This document shows positions 1 to 8,815 of a DNA stretch of 64,000 nucleotides, in pieces; the stretch's first letter is position 1; each line of letters starts with the position of its first letter. Made by a program: the position numbers and the translations under genes. The notes beneath the pieces are model-generated. The model had not been told where the DNA came from. It made no database searches and saw only the letters and a program-made list of their open reading frames with translations. The DNA lies in the IMG/VR virus record IMGVR_UViG_3300027976_000033, one strand, 5' to 3'. Source of the DNA: a virus.

Positions 1-75
1 ATGCAGAATTATTACTATGGCATAGGTTGTCTTATGTTACCGAGATTCGAAAGAGTTATTGAACAATTTAAATAG
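1..75 (+). CDS. 3' end of upstream gene (partial); position suggests the sliding clamp gene 45 by T4 synteny
   Basis: open frame ending TAG 73-75 directly upstream of the gene 44 homolog; only about 24 aa visible, so identity cannot be verified. Confidence 0.2.
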   Translation: MQNYYYGIGCLMLPRFERVIEQFK

Positions 76-85
76 GTGATATTAT

Positions 86-718
86 ATGATTATGAACGAA
101 AATCCACTATGGGTGGAAAAATACAGACCAAAGACTATCGAAGATACTATTCTTCCTAGTGATCTCAAGAAAACATTTCAGACATTTGTTGATCAAAAAC
201 AAATTCCTAATTTAATTCTAGCTGGCTCTTCTGGTGTTGGTAAAACAACAGTAGCAAAAGCCATGCTAGAAGAACTTTCTTGTGATTATATTGTGATCAA
301 TGGGTCGATGAAGGGCAATATTGATACTCTGAGAAATGACATTCAACAATTCGCTAGTTCAGTATCTCTATCTGGTGGACGAAAGTATGTTATCCTCGAT
401 GAGGCCGATTATCTAAATTGTCTAGAAGAAAATGAAATGGTAAGACTTTTTGATGGATCTGCAATTAAGTTGAAAGATATGAAAGCCGATACTGAATATA
501 ATGTGGTTTCTTTTAATGTGCACACATTAGAGTTTGAATCTGACATAGCTACCGTTCTAAACCGAACAGAAAAAGAAACTTTCAAAGTCACGTTAGATGA
601 CGGAAGCTGTATCGAAGTGACAGCCGATCATCCGTTTATAGTTAAAGATTGTGATGGTATCATATCCGAAAGGTCTATTAATGACGGGTTAACTGGATAT
701 GAAATTGTATTGAAGTAA
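86..718 (+). CDS. 44: clamp loader large subunit gp44, N-terminal fragment: N-extein (86-418) fused to split-intein N half (419-715)
   Basis: KYRP motif, Walker A GSSGVGKTT and Walker B VILDEAD align with T4 gp44; after DEADYLN the frame continues as a Cys-initiated Hint domain and ends at TAA. Confidence 0.85.
   Translation: MIMNENPLWVEKYRPKTIEDTILPSDLKKTFQTFVDQKQIPNLILAGSSGVGKTTVAKAMLEELSCDYIVINGSMKGNIDTLRNDIQQFASSVSLSGGRKYVILDEADYLNCLEENEMVRLFDGSAIKLKDMKADTEYNVVSFNVHTLEFESDIATVLNRTEKETFKVTLDDGSCIEVTADHPFIVKDCDGIISERSINDGLTGYEIVLK
419..715 (+). other. split intein N-terminal half (IntN, 99 aa) in gene 44
   Basis: starts with Cys directly after the Walker B box; intein block B T-x-x-H (EVTADHPF); terminates at an in-frame stop instead of continuing into the extein. 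Confidence 0.8.
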
Positions 719-739
719 TGAGCTTGGAATTCATGTTTA

Positions 740-747
740 TATAAATA
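740..747 (+). promoter_or_regulatory. T4-type late promoter TATAAATA upstream of the intein-embedded endonuclease gene
   Basis: exact TATAAATA octamer about 60 nt upstream of ATG 806; T4 free-standing HEGs are commonly late-transcribed. Confidence 0.45.
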
Positions 748-805
748 AAGTGTAGGTCGCGGAGTGCAATCTCACCTACTCTAGAAATATAACCGGAGTT
801 CCAGC

Positions 806-1663
806 ATGAATATTTATAAACCATATACGTATTTAATAGGATGGGCTAAACTCGACAAATATTATTATGGTGCTAGATATGCTAAAAACTGTCATCCTAC
901 TGATTTGTGGAATCCATATAAAACATCTTCTCCTATAGTAAAGGAATTCGTAAGAATGTATGGACCCCCAGACATCATATCAATTAGAAAAACCTTCTGT
1001 GATGCTTATAGTGCTATCGATTGGGAACATAAAGTATTAACCAGACTTAAAGTTGGGGCAGGCAATCCTAAATTTTTAAACGCGCATAATGCTAAAGGAT
1101 TTATGCCCTATACTAGTGAAAATAATCCAATGTGCTTTCCTGCGGTAAAGATGAAAATGATTAAAACTAAAAGGGTTAAGGGTCTAATACTTTTATTAAA
1201 GAATAAAAATACATTTGTTCCGAGTAAAAACAAGGTTTTAAACCAACGATTAAAAAATTATTTACAAATAATAGAAGATAGACCTCGTCCTTATAAGATC
1301 ATAAAACAAGTTTTAGAAAAAATGTTAAATGATTGTGATAATTTTAAAAAAAGAAGTTATCCACAAGAAAGAAAGAGTAGTCCCCGCGGCAAGATGCCTA
1401 ACATTGGTATAGCCAAACTTTGTACAAAGTGGTATCATGATCCAGTCGATCTAAAAACCAGACCATTTATACCAGGCTCCGAACCTCAAGGTTGGGTATT
1501 AGGTATGATAAAATTGACACCGAATAATAATACAGATTCATCTAAAAAGAAACTATCTATATCGATGAAGCAATATCGTGCCAGCGAATCTGATGAAAAA
1601 AAACAACAAAGGATGACAAAATATCATGAAACAATTGAAAAGCGCAAAAGTGTTAAGTATTGA
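806..1663 (+). CDS. free-standing GIY-YIG-type homing endonuclease inserted between the split-intein halves of gene 44
   Basis: N-terminal YTYLIGW-x7-KYYYGAR-x-AKNCH then WEHKVL...N matches GIY-x10-YIG, R, H, E, N of Seg/I-TevI-like enzymes; basic C-terminal DNA-binding tail; 3' end overlaps start of the downstream gp44 fragment. Confidence 0.65.
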   Translation: MNIYKPYTYLIGWAKLDKYYYGARYAKNCHPTDLWNPYKTSSPIVKEFVRMYGPPDIISIRKTFCDAYSAIDWEHKVLTRLKVGAGNPKFLNAHNAKGFMPYTSENNPMCFPAVKMKMIKTKRVKGLILLLKNKNTFVPSKNKVLNQRLKNYLQIIEDRPRPYKIIKQVLEKMLNDCDNFKKRSYPQERKSSPRGKMPNIGIAKLCTKWYHDPVDLKTRPFIPGSEPQGWVLGMIKLTPNNNTDSSKKKLSISMKQYRASESDEKKQQRMTKYHETIEKRKSVKY

Positions 1664-1748
1664 ATCGACGGGAATTAAAAGCGTAGTCGATCTTACTGTT
1701 TACAAAAACCACACCTTTGTTACTGGCAATAACATTGTAGTACACAAT
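1626..1748 (+). other. split intein C-terminal half (IntC, 41 aa) in gene 44
   Basis: intein blocks F and G (VDLTV...NNIVVHN) followed by +1 Cys. Confidence 0.8.
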
Positions 1749-2363
1749 TGCAACTCTACACAACCAGCTCTTCGTAATTTCATGGAAGAGTTTTCAAAGA
1801 ATTGTGGATTTATTCTAACTTGCAATTATAAGAATAGAATTATAGCTCCGCTTCAGTCTAGATGTTCTATGATAGATTTCAAAATAAACAAGACAGATAT
1901 TGCACAATTATCTATGCAATTTATGAAACGTGTTTGTGACATATTAGATATCGAGAAAGTTACATATGAAAAGGCTGTAGTAGCTGAAGTTATTAAGAAA
2001 CATTATCCAGATTGGAGACGTGTTCTAAATGATGTACAGAGATACGCTGCCACTGGTGCTATTGATAGTGGAATTCTTGTTAATTTTCAAGAAGCATCAC
2101 TCAAACAACTCATAACACACATGAAAGCTAAGAATTTCACTGAAGTTCGTAAATGGGCTGGTGAAAATGTAGATAATGATGCTGATGTTATATTTAGAAA
2201 AATATATGATCAGGCAGCGGAATTATTGGTACCTTCAGCTGTTCCAGCGGTAGTTTTGACTATTGGGAAGTATCAGTATCAACATGCATTTGCTGCAGAC
2301 TCAGAAATCAATCTAGTGTGTTGTCTGCTTGAGATCATGATTGATTCTGAGTGGAGAACATGA
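1626..2363 (+). CDS. 44: gp44 C-terminal fragment: split-intein C half (1626-1748) plus C-extein (1749-2363)
   Basis: begins MKQLK...VVDLTVYKNHTFVTGNNIVVHN|C; the extein CNSTQPALRNFMEEF...LQSRC aligns with T4 gp44 after its Walker B region (sensor-1 and SRC motif). Confidence 0.85.
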   Translation: MKQLKSAKVLSIESTGIKSVVDLTVYKNHTFVTGNNIVVHNCNSTQPALRNFMEEFSKNCGFILTCNYKNRIIAPLQSRCSMIDFKINKTDIAQLSMQFMKRVCDILDIEKVTYEKAVVAEVIKKHYPDWRRVLNDVQRYAATGAIDSGILVNFQEASLKQLITHMKAKNFTEVRKWAGENVDNDADVIFRKIYDQAAELLVPSAVPAVVLTIGKYQYQHAFAADSEINLVCCLLEIMIDSEWRT

Positions 2364-2602
2364 GCCACTTTATAGTACGAAATGACCAAGGTGATTACAT
2401 GTATCACCGAAGAAATACTGGCCACATGTATGAAGATCGCACCGCATGGGGTGACAACATCTGTGAAGCTAGAGTTTTTACTAAAAAGAGCGCTGCCACA
2501 AATTCTGCAAATCAAGCCACACTTCAACCATATGATAAAAAGCCAAAATTCACTTATGATATAATTAAGGTAGTTTTAATAGAGATAACAGATGAACTGT
2601 GA
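2360..2602 (+). CDS. hypothetical protein
   Basis: ATG overlaps the gp44 stop (ATGA), suggesting translational coupling; 80 aa. Confidence 0.4.
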   Translation: MSHFIVRNDQGDYMYHRRNTGHMYEDRTAWGDNICEARVFTKKSAATNSANQATLQPYDKKPKFTYDIIKVVLIEITDEL

Positions 2603-2768
2603 ATGTTGTGACAATCCTCTTAAGGACGGTGAAGAAGCTATTTTGAAACTTGGCACTGCGGATGGTCCAGTTAAAATGAAAATATGCGCAGATTGTGAGA
2701 GATTCTTAGAAACGGCAATAAGTGCGATGAAGGATATTGACATTGATAATGATAAATTCTCCGAATAG
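2592..2768 (+). CDS. small zinc-ribbon protein (two CxxC pairs)
   Basis: 58-aa ORF MNCECCDNP...ICADCERF; below the ORF-track length cutoff. Confidence 0.35.
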   Translation: MNCECCDNPLKDGEEAILKLGTADGPVKMKICADCERFLETAISAMKDIDIDNDKFSE

Positions 2769-3216
2769 TATTGATGCGGAACATCATGATTATACGGTCT
2801 TCTTAAGTGGTTCTCTATCAATAAACGATACGAGTATCTATTGGAGAAGAAAGCTAATAGCATGTCTTGGTCCTATAGATCACGATGTAGCATTTTTAAA
2901 TCCTCATAGAGACGATTTGATTGAAGATCCAACTTGTCAATACTATATTGAACATATAGAGTGGGTAATGAAATGTCTCAACACAGCTGACCAGATGGTA
3001 TTTTATTTTGATCCTAAAGTTGAAACTCCCGTTTCGATGATGGAACTTGGTGCGATTGCAAGCAATAGAAATGTGATCATATGTTGTCCAGATAAGTTCT
3101 GGAAAAAGACTATAGTGAATGTCATATGTAACGAATTTGATGTTCCCATATTTAAAACTATAGAAGAAACTGCAGGATTTTTAAAGAAAAGAATATTAGA
3201 GGATATTGAATCATGA
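2749..3216 (+). CDS. nucleoside 2-deoxyribosyltransferase-like (Rossmann-like) protein, putative
   Basis: VFLSGS...W...NPH pattern typical of the deoxyribosyltransferase/DUF1937-like fold; first ATG at 2749. Confidence 0.3.
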   Translation: MINSPNSIDAEHHDYTVFLSGSLSINDTSIYWRRKLIACLGPIDHDVAFLNPHRDDLIEDPTCQYYIEHIEWVMKCLNTADQMVFYFDPKVETPVSMMELGAIASNRNVIICCPDKFWKKTIVNVICNEFDVPIFKTIEETAGFLKKRILEDIES

Positions 3217-3322
3217 CAGCAAAATTAGTTTTAGCACAACGTGCAAGTTATCTGTAATAAATATGATATGACCTTGGTTAATACTAAGGAAGAATTCTAT
3301 GATGAAATAAGAAAGTACATTA

Positions 3323-3697
3323 ATGATGAATATGTGGGACCTTCTGAATAGTATTAATCAGAACAAGAAAGATCTTTCTAAAGAAGAAGAATTCGAAAAA
3401 CAATACAACAACTTTATGATCAATCGCGGTCTGAGTTACTTCCCAGACACGATAATGTATTCTAATGAATTGAATCTACTCCCAGACTTAGATAAAGACT
3501 TACAATATCGATATCTAATAAATATTATTAGACCACGAAAGAGGTTTAGTAAATGGGCGAAGAAAAAAGATGACAGTGATTTGCAGTTAGTTATGGAATA
3601 TTTTGACTATAATATTGAGAAAGCAAAATCGGCATTATCTATACTTTCACCATCTGATATGAAAAAAATAAAAGAAAAATTGAACAAGGGTGGATAA
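3323..3697 (+). CDS. 62: clamp loader small subunit gp62
   Basis: FMINRGLSYFPD and YLINIIRPRKRFSKWAKK resemble T4 gp62 FMVENALSQFPE and YLMAAVPRGKRYGKWAKL; located between 44 and regA as in T4. Confidence 0.7.
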   Translation: MMNMWDLLNSINQNKKDLSKEEEFEKQYNNFMINRGLSYFPDTIMYSNELNLLPDLDKDLQYRYLINIIRPRKRFSKWAKKKDDSDLQLVMEYFDYNIEKAKSALSILSPSDMKKIKEKLNKGG

Positions 3698-4106
3698 CAT
3701 GACAAACGATATTTTCAATGGTAAGGGTATAGAAATTCTTATCGAAGAAGATGATGACTTTCTTAAAATAAGAGAAACACTTACACGCATAGGTGTAGCA
3801 TCAAGAAAAGATAAAATTCTCTATCAATCGTGCCATATTTTACATAAGCAAGGTAGATATGCCATTATACATTTTAAAGAGTTATTTGAGCTTGATGGAA
3901 AGACATCGAACTTTTCAGAAGAAGATCGTGGACGTAGAAATACGATTAGCAAATTGCTTGAGGATTGGGGTCTTATTACGATCGTAAATGTAGAGCAATC
4001 AGAAGCTCCTATCGCGCCATTGAGTCAAATTAAAATTCTTCCATATAAAGAAAAAGTAGACTGGGAATTGGTGACCAAATATAATATTGGTTCTCGCAAA
4101 AATTAA
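3690..4106 (+). CDS. regA: translational repressor RegA
   Basis: DDDFLKIRETLTRIGVASRKDKILYQSCHILHKQGRYAIIHFKE and LLEDWGLITIV match T4 RegA almost motif for motif. Confidence 0.9.
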   Translation: MDNMTNDIFNGKGIEILIEEDDDFLKIRETLTRIGVASRKDKILYQSCHILHKQGRYAIIHFKELFELDGKTSNFSEEDRGRRNTISKLLEDWGLITIVNVEQSEAPIAPLSQIKILPYKEKVDWELVTKYNIGSRKN

Positions 4107-4107
4107 G

Positions 4108-4136
4108 TTGACATTATCTCCTCAGTGGTATATAAA
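4108..4136 (+). promoter_or_regulatory. sigma70-type early promoter (TTGACA-N17-TATAAA)
   Basis: -35 TTGACA 4108-4113, 17-bp spacer, -10 4131-4136; followed by RBS GAGGAG and ATG 4158. Confidence 0.55.
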
Positions 4137-4157
4137 GTATCATTGAGGAGAATTGTT

Positions 4158-4337
4158 ATGAAATTTGTTGTAATAGAATTGAATGTTTATTCTAGTCCAG
4201 AAGAAGGTGAGAACCCCGGAACAATAGAAGCCGTTCATGGTCCGTTTGATGCAAAGACCGCTCAGGTCATATGCACAAAATTTAAAAAAGATAAAAAGTT
4301 TGCTACGAACTATTCTATTCATCCATTAATTTGTTGA
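4158..4337 (+). CDS. hypothetical protein
   Basis: ATG with GAGGAG RBS downstream of promoter. Confidence 0.4.
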   Translation: MKFVVIELNVYSSPEEGENPGTIEAVHGPFDAKTAQVICTKFKKDKKFATNYSIHPLIC

Positions 4338-4362
4338 CACCACTTTAAGTTTAGTATATAAG
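4334..4362 (+). promoter_or_regulatory. early promoter, member of repeated family (TTGACA-N17-TATAAG)
   Basis: gttgacaccactttaagtttagtatataag; same architecture as the 8404, 14191 and other copies. Confidence 0.6.
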
Positions 4363-4392
4363 AAATATATCAAAACAACAAAGGAACTTATT

Positions 4393-4767
4393 ATGTACAA
4401 ATCAATTGATAAGAAAACCGCAAATAAGATCATCAATGAAGTTGAAGCTGTGATGAAGAAATATGGTGCTGAAGTTGGATTGACCTTACTTCCTAGTCGC
4501 GCCAAATATTCAGATACCGACATTGGGTTTAATTTTACCCTCAAGATCGATGGCGCGAAATCATTCGATGATTTGAAGAAAGAACGCGCGCTCAAACAAG
4601 TCGCTGCAATGTACAATCTAACAACCGAACCAAAAGGCGGATTTCAACTTGTTGGTTATAATAGCCGCAAGCACAAATACCCCTTCATATATCAGAATCT
4701 TTCTAATGGCAAGCGGTTTATCACTTGCGATGAACGTGCAACATTGATGTTTGGTAATGCAGCTTAA
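4393..4767 (+). CDS. hypothetical protein
   Basis: ORF with AAGGAA RBS downstream of promoter. Confidence 0.5.
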   Translation: MYKSIDKKTANKIINEVEAVMKKYGAEVGLTLLPSRAKYSDTDIGFNFTLKIDGAKSFDDLKKERALKQVAAMYNLTTEPKGGFQLVGYNSRKHKYPFIYQNLSNGKRFITCDERATLMFGNAA

Positions 4768-4951
4768 GGATGTTTCTTCATGGAAATCAAATCATATGAC
4801 TTGCCAACGCGGTCCGATGGGGCATATGCTATAGAAACTAAATATTGCGAGCTTCTAACTCGTCAAAGGGCTGGTGAAAACCTTGCAGAAGAACAGAAGG
4901 ATTGGATGGACTCGGCTAACAGTTGGCTATCGATATTGTAAGGAATTTGAT

Positions 4952-5251
4952 ATGATTGAGTATAAAGTTATAGTACATGTTAATGGTGATAAGTATTGGT
5001 ACCTTGATGGTAAGCTCCATCGTGAAGATGGTCCCGCAGTTGAATATGCTAATGGCAACAAGTATTGGCTTCTTAATGGTAAGCAACATCGTGAAGCGGG
5101 ACCAGCAATCGAATATGCCAATGGTTATAAGTATTGGTATCTTAATGGTGTAGAAGTTACTGAAGACAAAGTCATGAATCCTGGCAAAGAACTTACAGTT
5201 GCTGAAATTAGTAAGCTTCTAGGTTATGAAGTAAAAATCATCAAGGGTTAA
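4952..5251 (+). CDS. MORN-variant repeat protein, paralog 1 of 4
   Basis: MIEYKV start as in the other paralogs; three about 23-aa repeats KYWYLNGK-HREDGPA-EYANG; conserved tail VMNPGKELTVAEISKLLGYEVKIIKG. Confidence 0.6.
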   Translation: MIEYKVIVHVNGDKYWYLDGKLHREDGPAVEYANGNKYWLLNGKQHREAGPAIEYANGYKYWYLNGVEVTEDKVMNPGKELTVAEISKLLGYEVKIIKG

Positions 5252-5380
5252 CATTATGACAGAAAAGAATAGAAATATTAGCATAGGTGTTGGAGCGCTT
5301 CTTGCCATCAGTGGTCTTTTGGTATTCCTATCAATGCGCGCAATTCGATTACAGCTTGATGCGGTGTACGATGAAATTGA

Positions 5381-5755
5381 TTGGGATTATATCCCACCGA
5401 AATCGTGAAACCGCTTATTCATGCGAAGATTTCAGTCAAAAAGTACGGTGGTCATGTTGATGATTATCTTCCTATTCACAATTTCATTGACTCTAGTAAG
5501 TCAGCCATGCCTGATGTAAGACATCGAGCTATTTTACATAGTTCATTTGGATGTTATTTAGCAGAAGAAGTTTATGGTACATACATCACAAATGCTGATG
5601 GTAAGATGATTTCGACTAGAGACATAGTTGAAGAACATATCATACAAGATTTGGGATTTATACCAACAGTCGAAAAATGGCTAGGAACCATGCCCATAGA
5701 AAAATGGATGTCTGGTTCATTCAAACGTACAAGAATAAACTATGATCCAGATTAG
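5381..5755 (+). CDS. hypothetical protein
   Basis: ORF only. Confidence 0.45.
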   Translation: MGLYPTEIVKPLIHAKISVKKYGGHVDDYLPIHNFIDSSKSAMPDVRHRAILHSSFGCYLAEEVYGTYITNADGKMISTRDIVEEHIIQDLGFIPTVEKWLGTMPIEKWMSGSFKRTRINYDPD

Positions 5756-5758
5756 GAA

Positions 5759-6211
5759 ATGATTATGAATGACAGTATCGAAGATCAAATTGAAATGCTT
5801 AAGGTAATTAAAGAAAATTATCAAAAGCAATCTCAGGAACTTTTGAAAAAGACCATTAATGAATATATGGCTCGACATCCACAGTTGGCCTGTATCGTGT
5901 GGACTCAATACACCCCATACTCTAATGATGGTGAAGAATGTACTTTCCGGATTGGTGGGCCAGAATATTATAATCTTATCGATGGTGTAGAATTTGATCT
6001 TGATTCAGAAGATGTTGCTTCTTTTTCTTATGGTGAAGATGGTGAAACATGTGAGAATATTGGATATAAACATCCAGATAATGAAAAACATAAACCATTT
6101 ACACGAATGATACATGATAATTCTGAAATTCTACAACACATTTTTGATAATCATGTTATTGTTACTATAACAAGAGACGAAATCGTCGACGACGAATATG
6201 AGCACGAATGA
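5759..6211 (+). CDS. hypothetical acidic protein
   Basis: ORF, tightly packed with neighbours. Confidence 0.5.
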   Translation: MIMNDSIEDQIEMLKVIKENYQKQSQELLKKTINEYMARHPQLACIVWTQYTPYSNDGEECTFRIGGPEYYNLIDGVEFDLDSEDVASFSYGEDGETCENIGYKHPDNEKHKPFTRMIHDNSEILQHIFDNHVIVTITRDEIVDDEYEHE

Positions 6212-6600
6212 TGTGGTCATTTAAAAAGAAAAATATGTTTCATGGACACGATCTCAATAAGTGGAATTATCTTGGATCGTCTGAAATAAACTTTACAGAT
6301 AATGGTATTATTACTAGACAATCTTACATTTATTATTTTGTTCATAATAAGACAGACAAAAGGTCATATCATTGCTCAAACAAATATATGAAGATGCATC
6401 AGTTTATTAGTCATTACAGTGAATTGTGGAAAATTGGTGAGACTAGTTTATTTGAAATAATTCTAGATAAGCCATCGTCATATTGTATCAAACTCGCCGC
6501 AGACGCCGGATATAAATTTGATTATGGTAATACTTGTTGGATAAGATTTCTTGCTCCGACAAAAACTACTGATAATGTAATAAAAGTGGATTTCAAATGA
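6208..6600 (+). CDS. hypothetical protein
   Basis: ORF with overlapping stop/start. Confidence 0.5.
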   Translation: MMWSFKKKNMFHGHDLNKWNYLGSSEINFTDNGIITRQSYIYYFVHNKTDKRSYHCSNKYMKMHQFISHYSELWKIGETSLFEIILDKPSSYCIKLAADAGYKFDYGNTCWIRFLAPTKTTDNVIKVDFK

Positions 6601-7196
6601 GTAAACAATTATCAACTGAATGGCATAAAATGTGTCATGATATTTTACAGTTACATGTTAATGGCCAACCAGAAGTTGGTTGGCAAAAACTATTTGATGG
6701 AAATCCATTCGCTTCATCGTTCAAAGTGAAGCTGCGATATGAAGATAAAATCTATAAACTACCTTACAGATTACGTATTGATAGAAAAGAAGAAACCGTA
6801 GAAGTCTTTGTCCCACTAACAAAAGAACAAGATGAGCTTAATCGATTGATACGTGCAAATAGATATAAAAATCATGATTATGATTTTCCATTGCATAAAT
6901 ACGATGCAAATAAATTTAATCTAACATACGATCAAATAGTTAATGATGTAGAATTTGCTTTAGTAAATATTGGAAATTTCAACAAATATATCGACGATTT
7001 TAAAGTTGGTTGCTTTGCAAAATTTAGTGGACAACGAGATAAAAAATCTTGGCGAAAGATTTTATCTATTGATTGGCAATTTCAAACAGCCCATGGTCAT
7101 AAATATTCAGCTCCAGTTGATGATGTAAAATTTGATGAGAGACATTCATCGGTCAATAGTATTTCAACTCTAATAGAGGTTCATACAAATGACTAA
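6597..7196 (+). CDS. hypothetical protein
   Basis: ORF with overlapping stop/start. Confidence 0.5.
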   Translation: MSKQLSTEWHKMCHDILQLHVNGQPEVGWQKLFDGNPFASSFKVKLRYEDKIYKLPYRLRIDRKEETVEVFVPLTKEQDELNRLIRANRYKNHDYDFPLHKYDANKFNLTYDQIVNDVEFALVNIGNFNKYIDDFKVGCFAKFSGQRDKKSWRKILSIDWQFQTAHGHKYSAPVDDVKFDERHSSVNSISTLIEVHTND

Positions 7197-7743
7197 TAAG
7201 CCAATAGTTTATATTGATATGGATGGAGTTTTAGCTGATCTTGATGGTGGTGTCTTTGATTGTTTTGGTGAATATCCAAGTGAAATGTCTGCAGAATCAA
7301 GTAAACATTTTTATAGAGAAATCTTACCAGCGTACACCAAGCTTAACATGTTTGAGTTACAGCCAACATTGAAAGAATCTCAAATATTAGTGTTAGCATT
7401 GAATATGCTTAAGAAGGAAGGTAAAGTAAATTTAGCAATATGTACGAGTACTGGACATTTTTACAGACCTTTATCTGAAGTTAGACATCAAAAAAGCAAA
7501 TTTATAGAACAACACTTCACATCATTAAAAGATATTCCATTCATAACAACATCATCTGGTATTGAAAAATCTTTCATGGCACACAAAAGAGCATTTTTGA
7601 TAGATGATCATCACAAAAACATAACCAGATTTATTGAAGCTGGTGGTTCTGGCTATATCTATGATGCTGATGATGCAAAATGTGTAACTAAAACGATTAA
7701 TGCAATAAATTTGTGGTTAGATCGAATATCACTGTATAAATAG
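7189..7743 (+). CDS. 5'(3')-deoxyribonucleotidase (HAD superfamily, NT5C-like)
   Basis: N-terminal IVYIDMDGVLADL is the HAD motif I DxDG(V/T)L of NT5C-type deoxynucleotidases. Confidence 0.65.
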   Translation: MTNKPIVYIDMDGVLADLDGGVFDCFGEYPSEMSAESSKHFYREILPAYTKLNMFELQPTLKESQILVLALNMLKKEGKVNLAICTSTGHFYRPLSEVRHQKSKFIEQHFTSLKDIPFITTSSGIEKSFMAHKRAFLIDDHHKNITRFIEAGGSGYIYDADDAKCVTKTINAINLWLDRISLYK

Positions 7744-7834
7744 AAACACAAGGATTGAACCTAAGGGTTCTTTAGCATTTAAAACCCATAATGCTTTAAT
7801 ATTGGTAAAACATAAACAACTATAGGAATAATAT

Positions 7835-8317
7835 ATGAATAAGTTAATTTCTCTAATGGCTGCCGCATTACTTTTTGCAGTACCATCAATTGCATCTGCA
7901 AATGAATTTTCTGGTTTTAGAATTGGTGTAACTGCCGGTCTTGATGACGTAACAGTTGCTCCAGATCGTACCGATGTTACATACGGAGCTGAAGTTGGAT
8001 ATGACGTTAACATTAATGATACTCCAGTTTATCTAGGTGTTGAAGCAACACTTGATAATGTGTTTGATAGACGTGATGTAGGTGCATCTGCACGCCTTGG
8101 TGTACAGGTTGCTAGCGATACATTGCTCTATGGTAAAGTTGGATATGCTAACTATAAAGACGTTTTCTCTCGTGAACTTGATGGTCTCCGCGTCGGTGGT
8201 GGTGCTGAACTTCATCTATCCGAAAATGTCTACGGGAAAGTAGAATATCGTTATACCGACTTTCAAGCTGGTGTTGGAAAGCACGGCGGGTTGATTGGTC
8301 TTGGTTATCGCTTTTAA
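7835..8317 (+). CDS. outer-membrane beta-barrel protein (OmpX/Ail/Lom-like) with signal peptide
   Basis: cleavable signal peptide MNKLISLMAAALLFAVPSIASA; alternating amphipathic strands; C-terminal LGYRF aromatic terminus typical of OMP beta-barrels. Confidence 0.55.
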   Translation: MNKLISLMAAALLFAVPSIASANEFSGFRIGVTAGLDDVTVAPDRTDVTYGAEVGYDVNINDTPVYLGVEATLDNVFDRRDVGASARLGVQVASDTLLYGKVGYANYKDVFSRELDGLRVGGGAELHLSENVYGKVEYRYTDFQAGVGKHGGLIGLGYRF

Positions 8318-8376
8318 TTAAGCGTTAAGTTCCTGAGCATGAATTTAAACTGCTTAACTTCACCTTGGTTAACCTT

Positions 8377-8402
8377 AACCCGCCCTGTGCGGGTTATTTT
8401 TT
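8377..8402 (+). terminator. rho-independent terminator
   Basis: acccgccctgtgcgggtt stem-loop followed by T-run. Confidence 0.7.
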
Positions 8403-8403
8403 G

Positions 8404-8432
8404 TTGACATTCTTTTCGAAATAGTATATAAG
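8404..8432 (+). promoter_or_regulatory. early promoter (TTGACA-N17-TATAAG), repeated family
   Basis: gttgacattcttttcgaaatagtatataag; near-identical to the copies at 47254, 54046 and 62676. Confidence 0.65.
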
Positions 8433-8462
8433 AATATATCAAGTCAATAAAGGATTAGGATT

Positions 8463-8762
8463 ATGATCGAATATAAAGTAGAAGTCCATGAGAATGGCGA
8501 CAAGCATTGGTACCTTAATGGTAAGAGACATCGTGAAGATGGACCAGCTATCGAATATGCTGATTTGGACAAACATTGGTACCTTAATGGTAAGAAGCAT
8601 CGTGAAGATGGACCAGCAATCGAACTTGCTAGTGGTACAAGGCTATGGTTCCTTAATGGTGTATTAGTTAATGAAGATAAAGTCATGAATCCTGGCAAGG
8701 AACTTACGGTTGCTGAAGTATCAAAGCTTCTAGGTTATGAAGTGAAAATAGTTAAGGGTTAA
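8463..8762 (+). CDS. MORN-variant repeat protein, paralog 2
   Basis: same repeat and C-terminal tail as the 4952 gene. Confidence 0.65.
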   Translation: MIEYKVEVHENGDKHWYLNGKRHREDGPAIEYADLDKHWYLNGKKHREDGPAIELASGTRLWFLNGVLVNEDKVMNPGKELTVAEVSKLLGYEVKIVKG

Positions 8763-8787
8763 CATTCTTTTCGAAATAGTATATAAG
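8759..8787 (+). promoter_or_regulatory. early promoter variant (TTAACA-N17-TATAAG)
   Basis: ttaacattcttttcgaaatagtatataag. Confidence 0.5.
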
Positions 8788-8815
8788 AAATATATAATAA
8801 ATATGGAGAAACATT

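Noticed and set aside
409-591. minus-strand 60-aa ORF inside gene 44 (and similar antisense ORFs at 2279-2527, 9208-9654, 17162-17536, 18961-19320, 30102-30611, 40339-40647 and elsewhere)
   Set aside because: These lie fully within well-supported genes on the other strand and have no RBS or motifs; they are shadow ORFs of AT-rich coding sequence.
7783-7815. MotA-box-like TGCTTTA upstream of the OMP gene
   Set aside because: Only a single heptamer with a poor -10 at the expected spacing; too weak to call a middle promoter.
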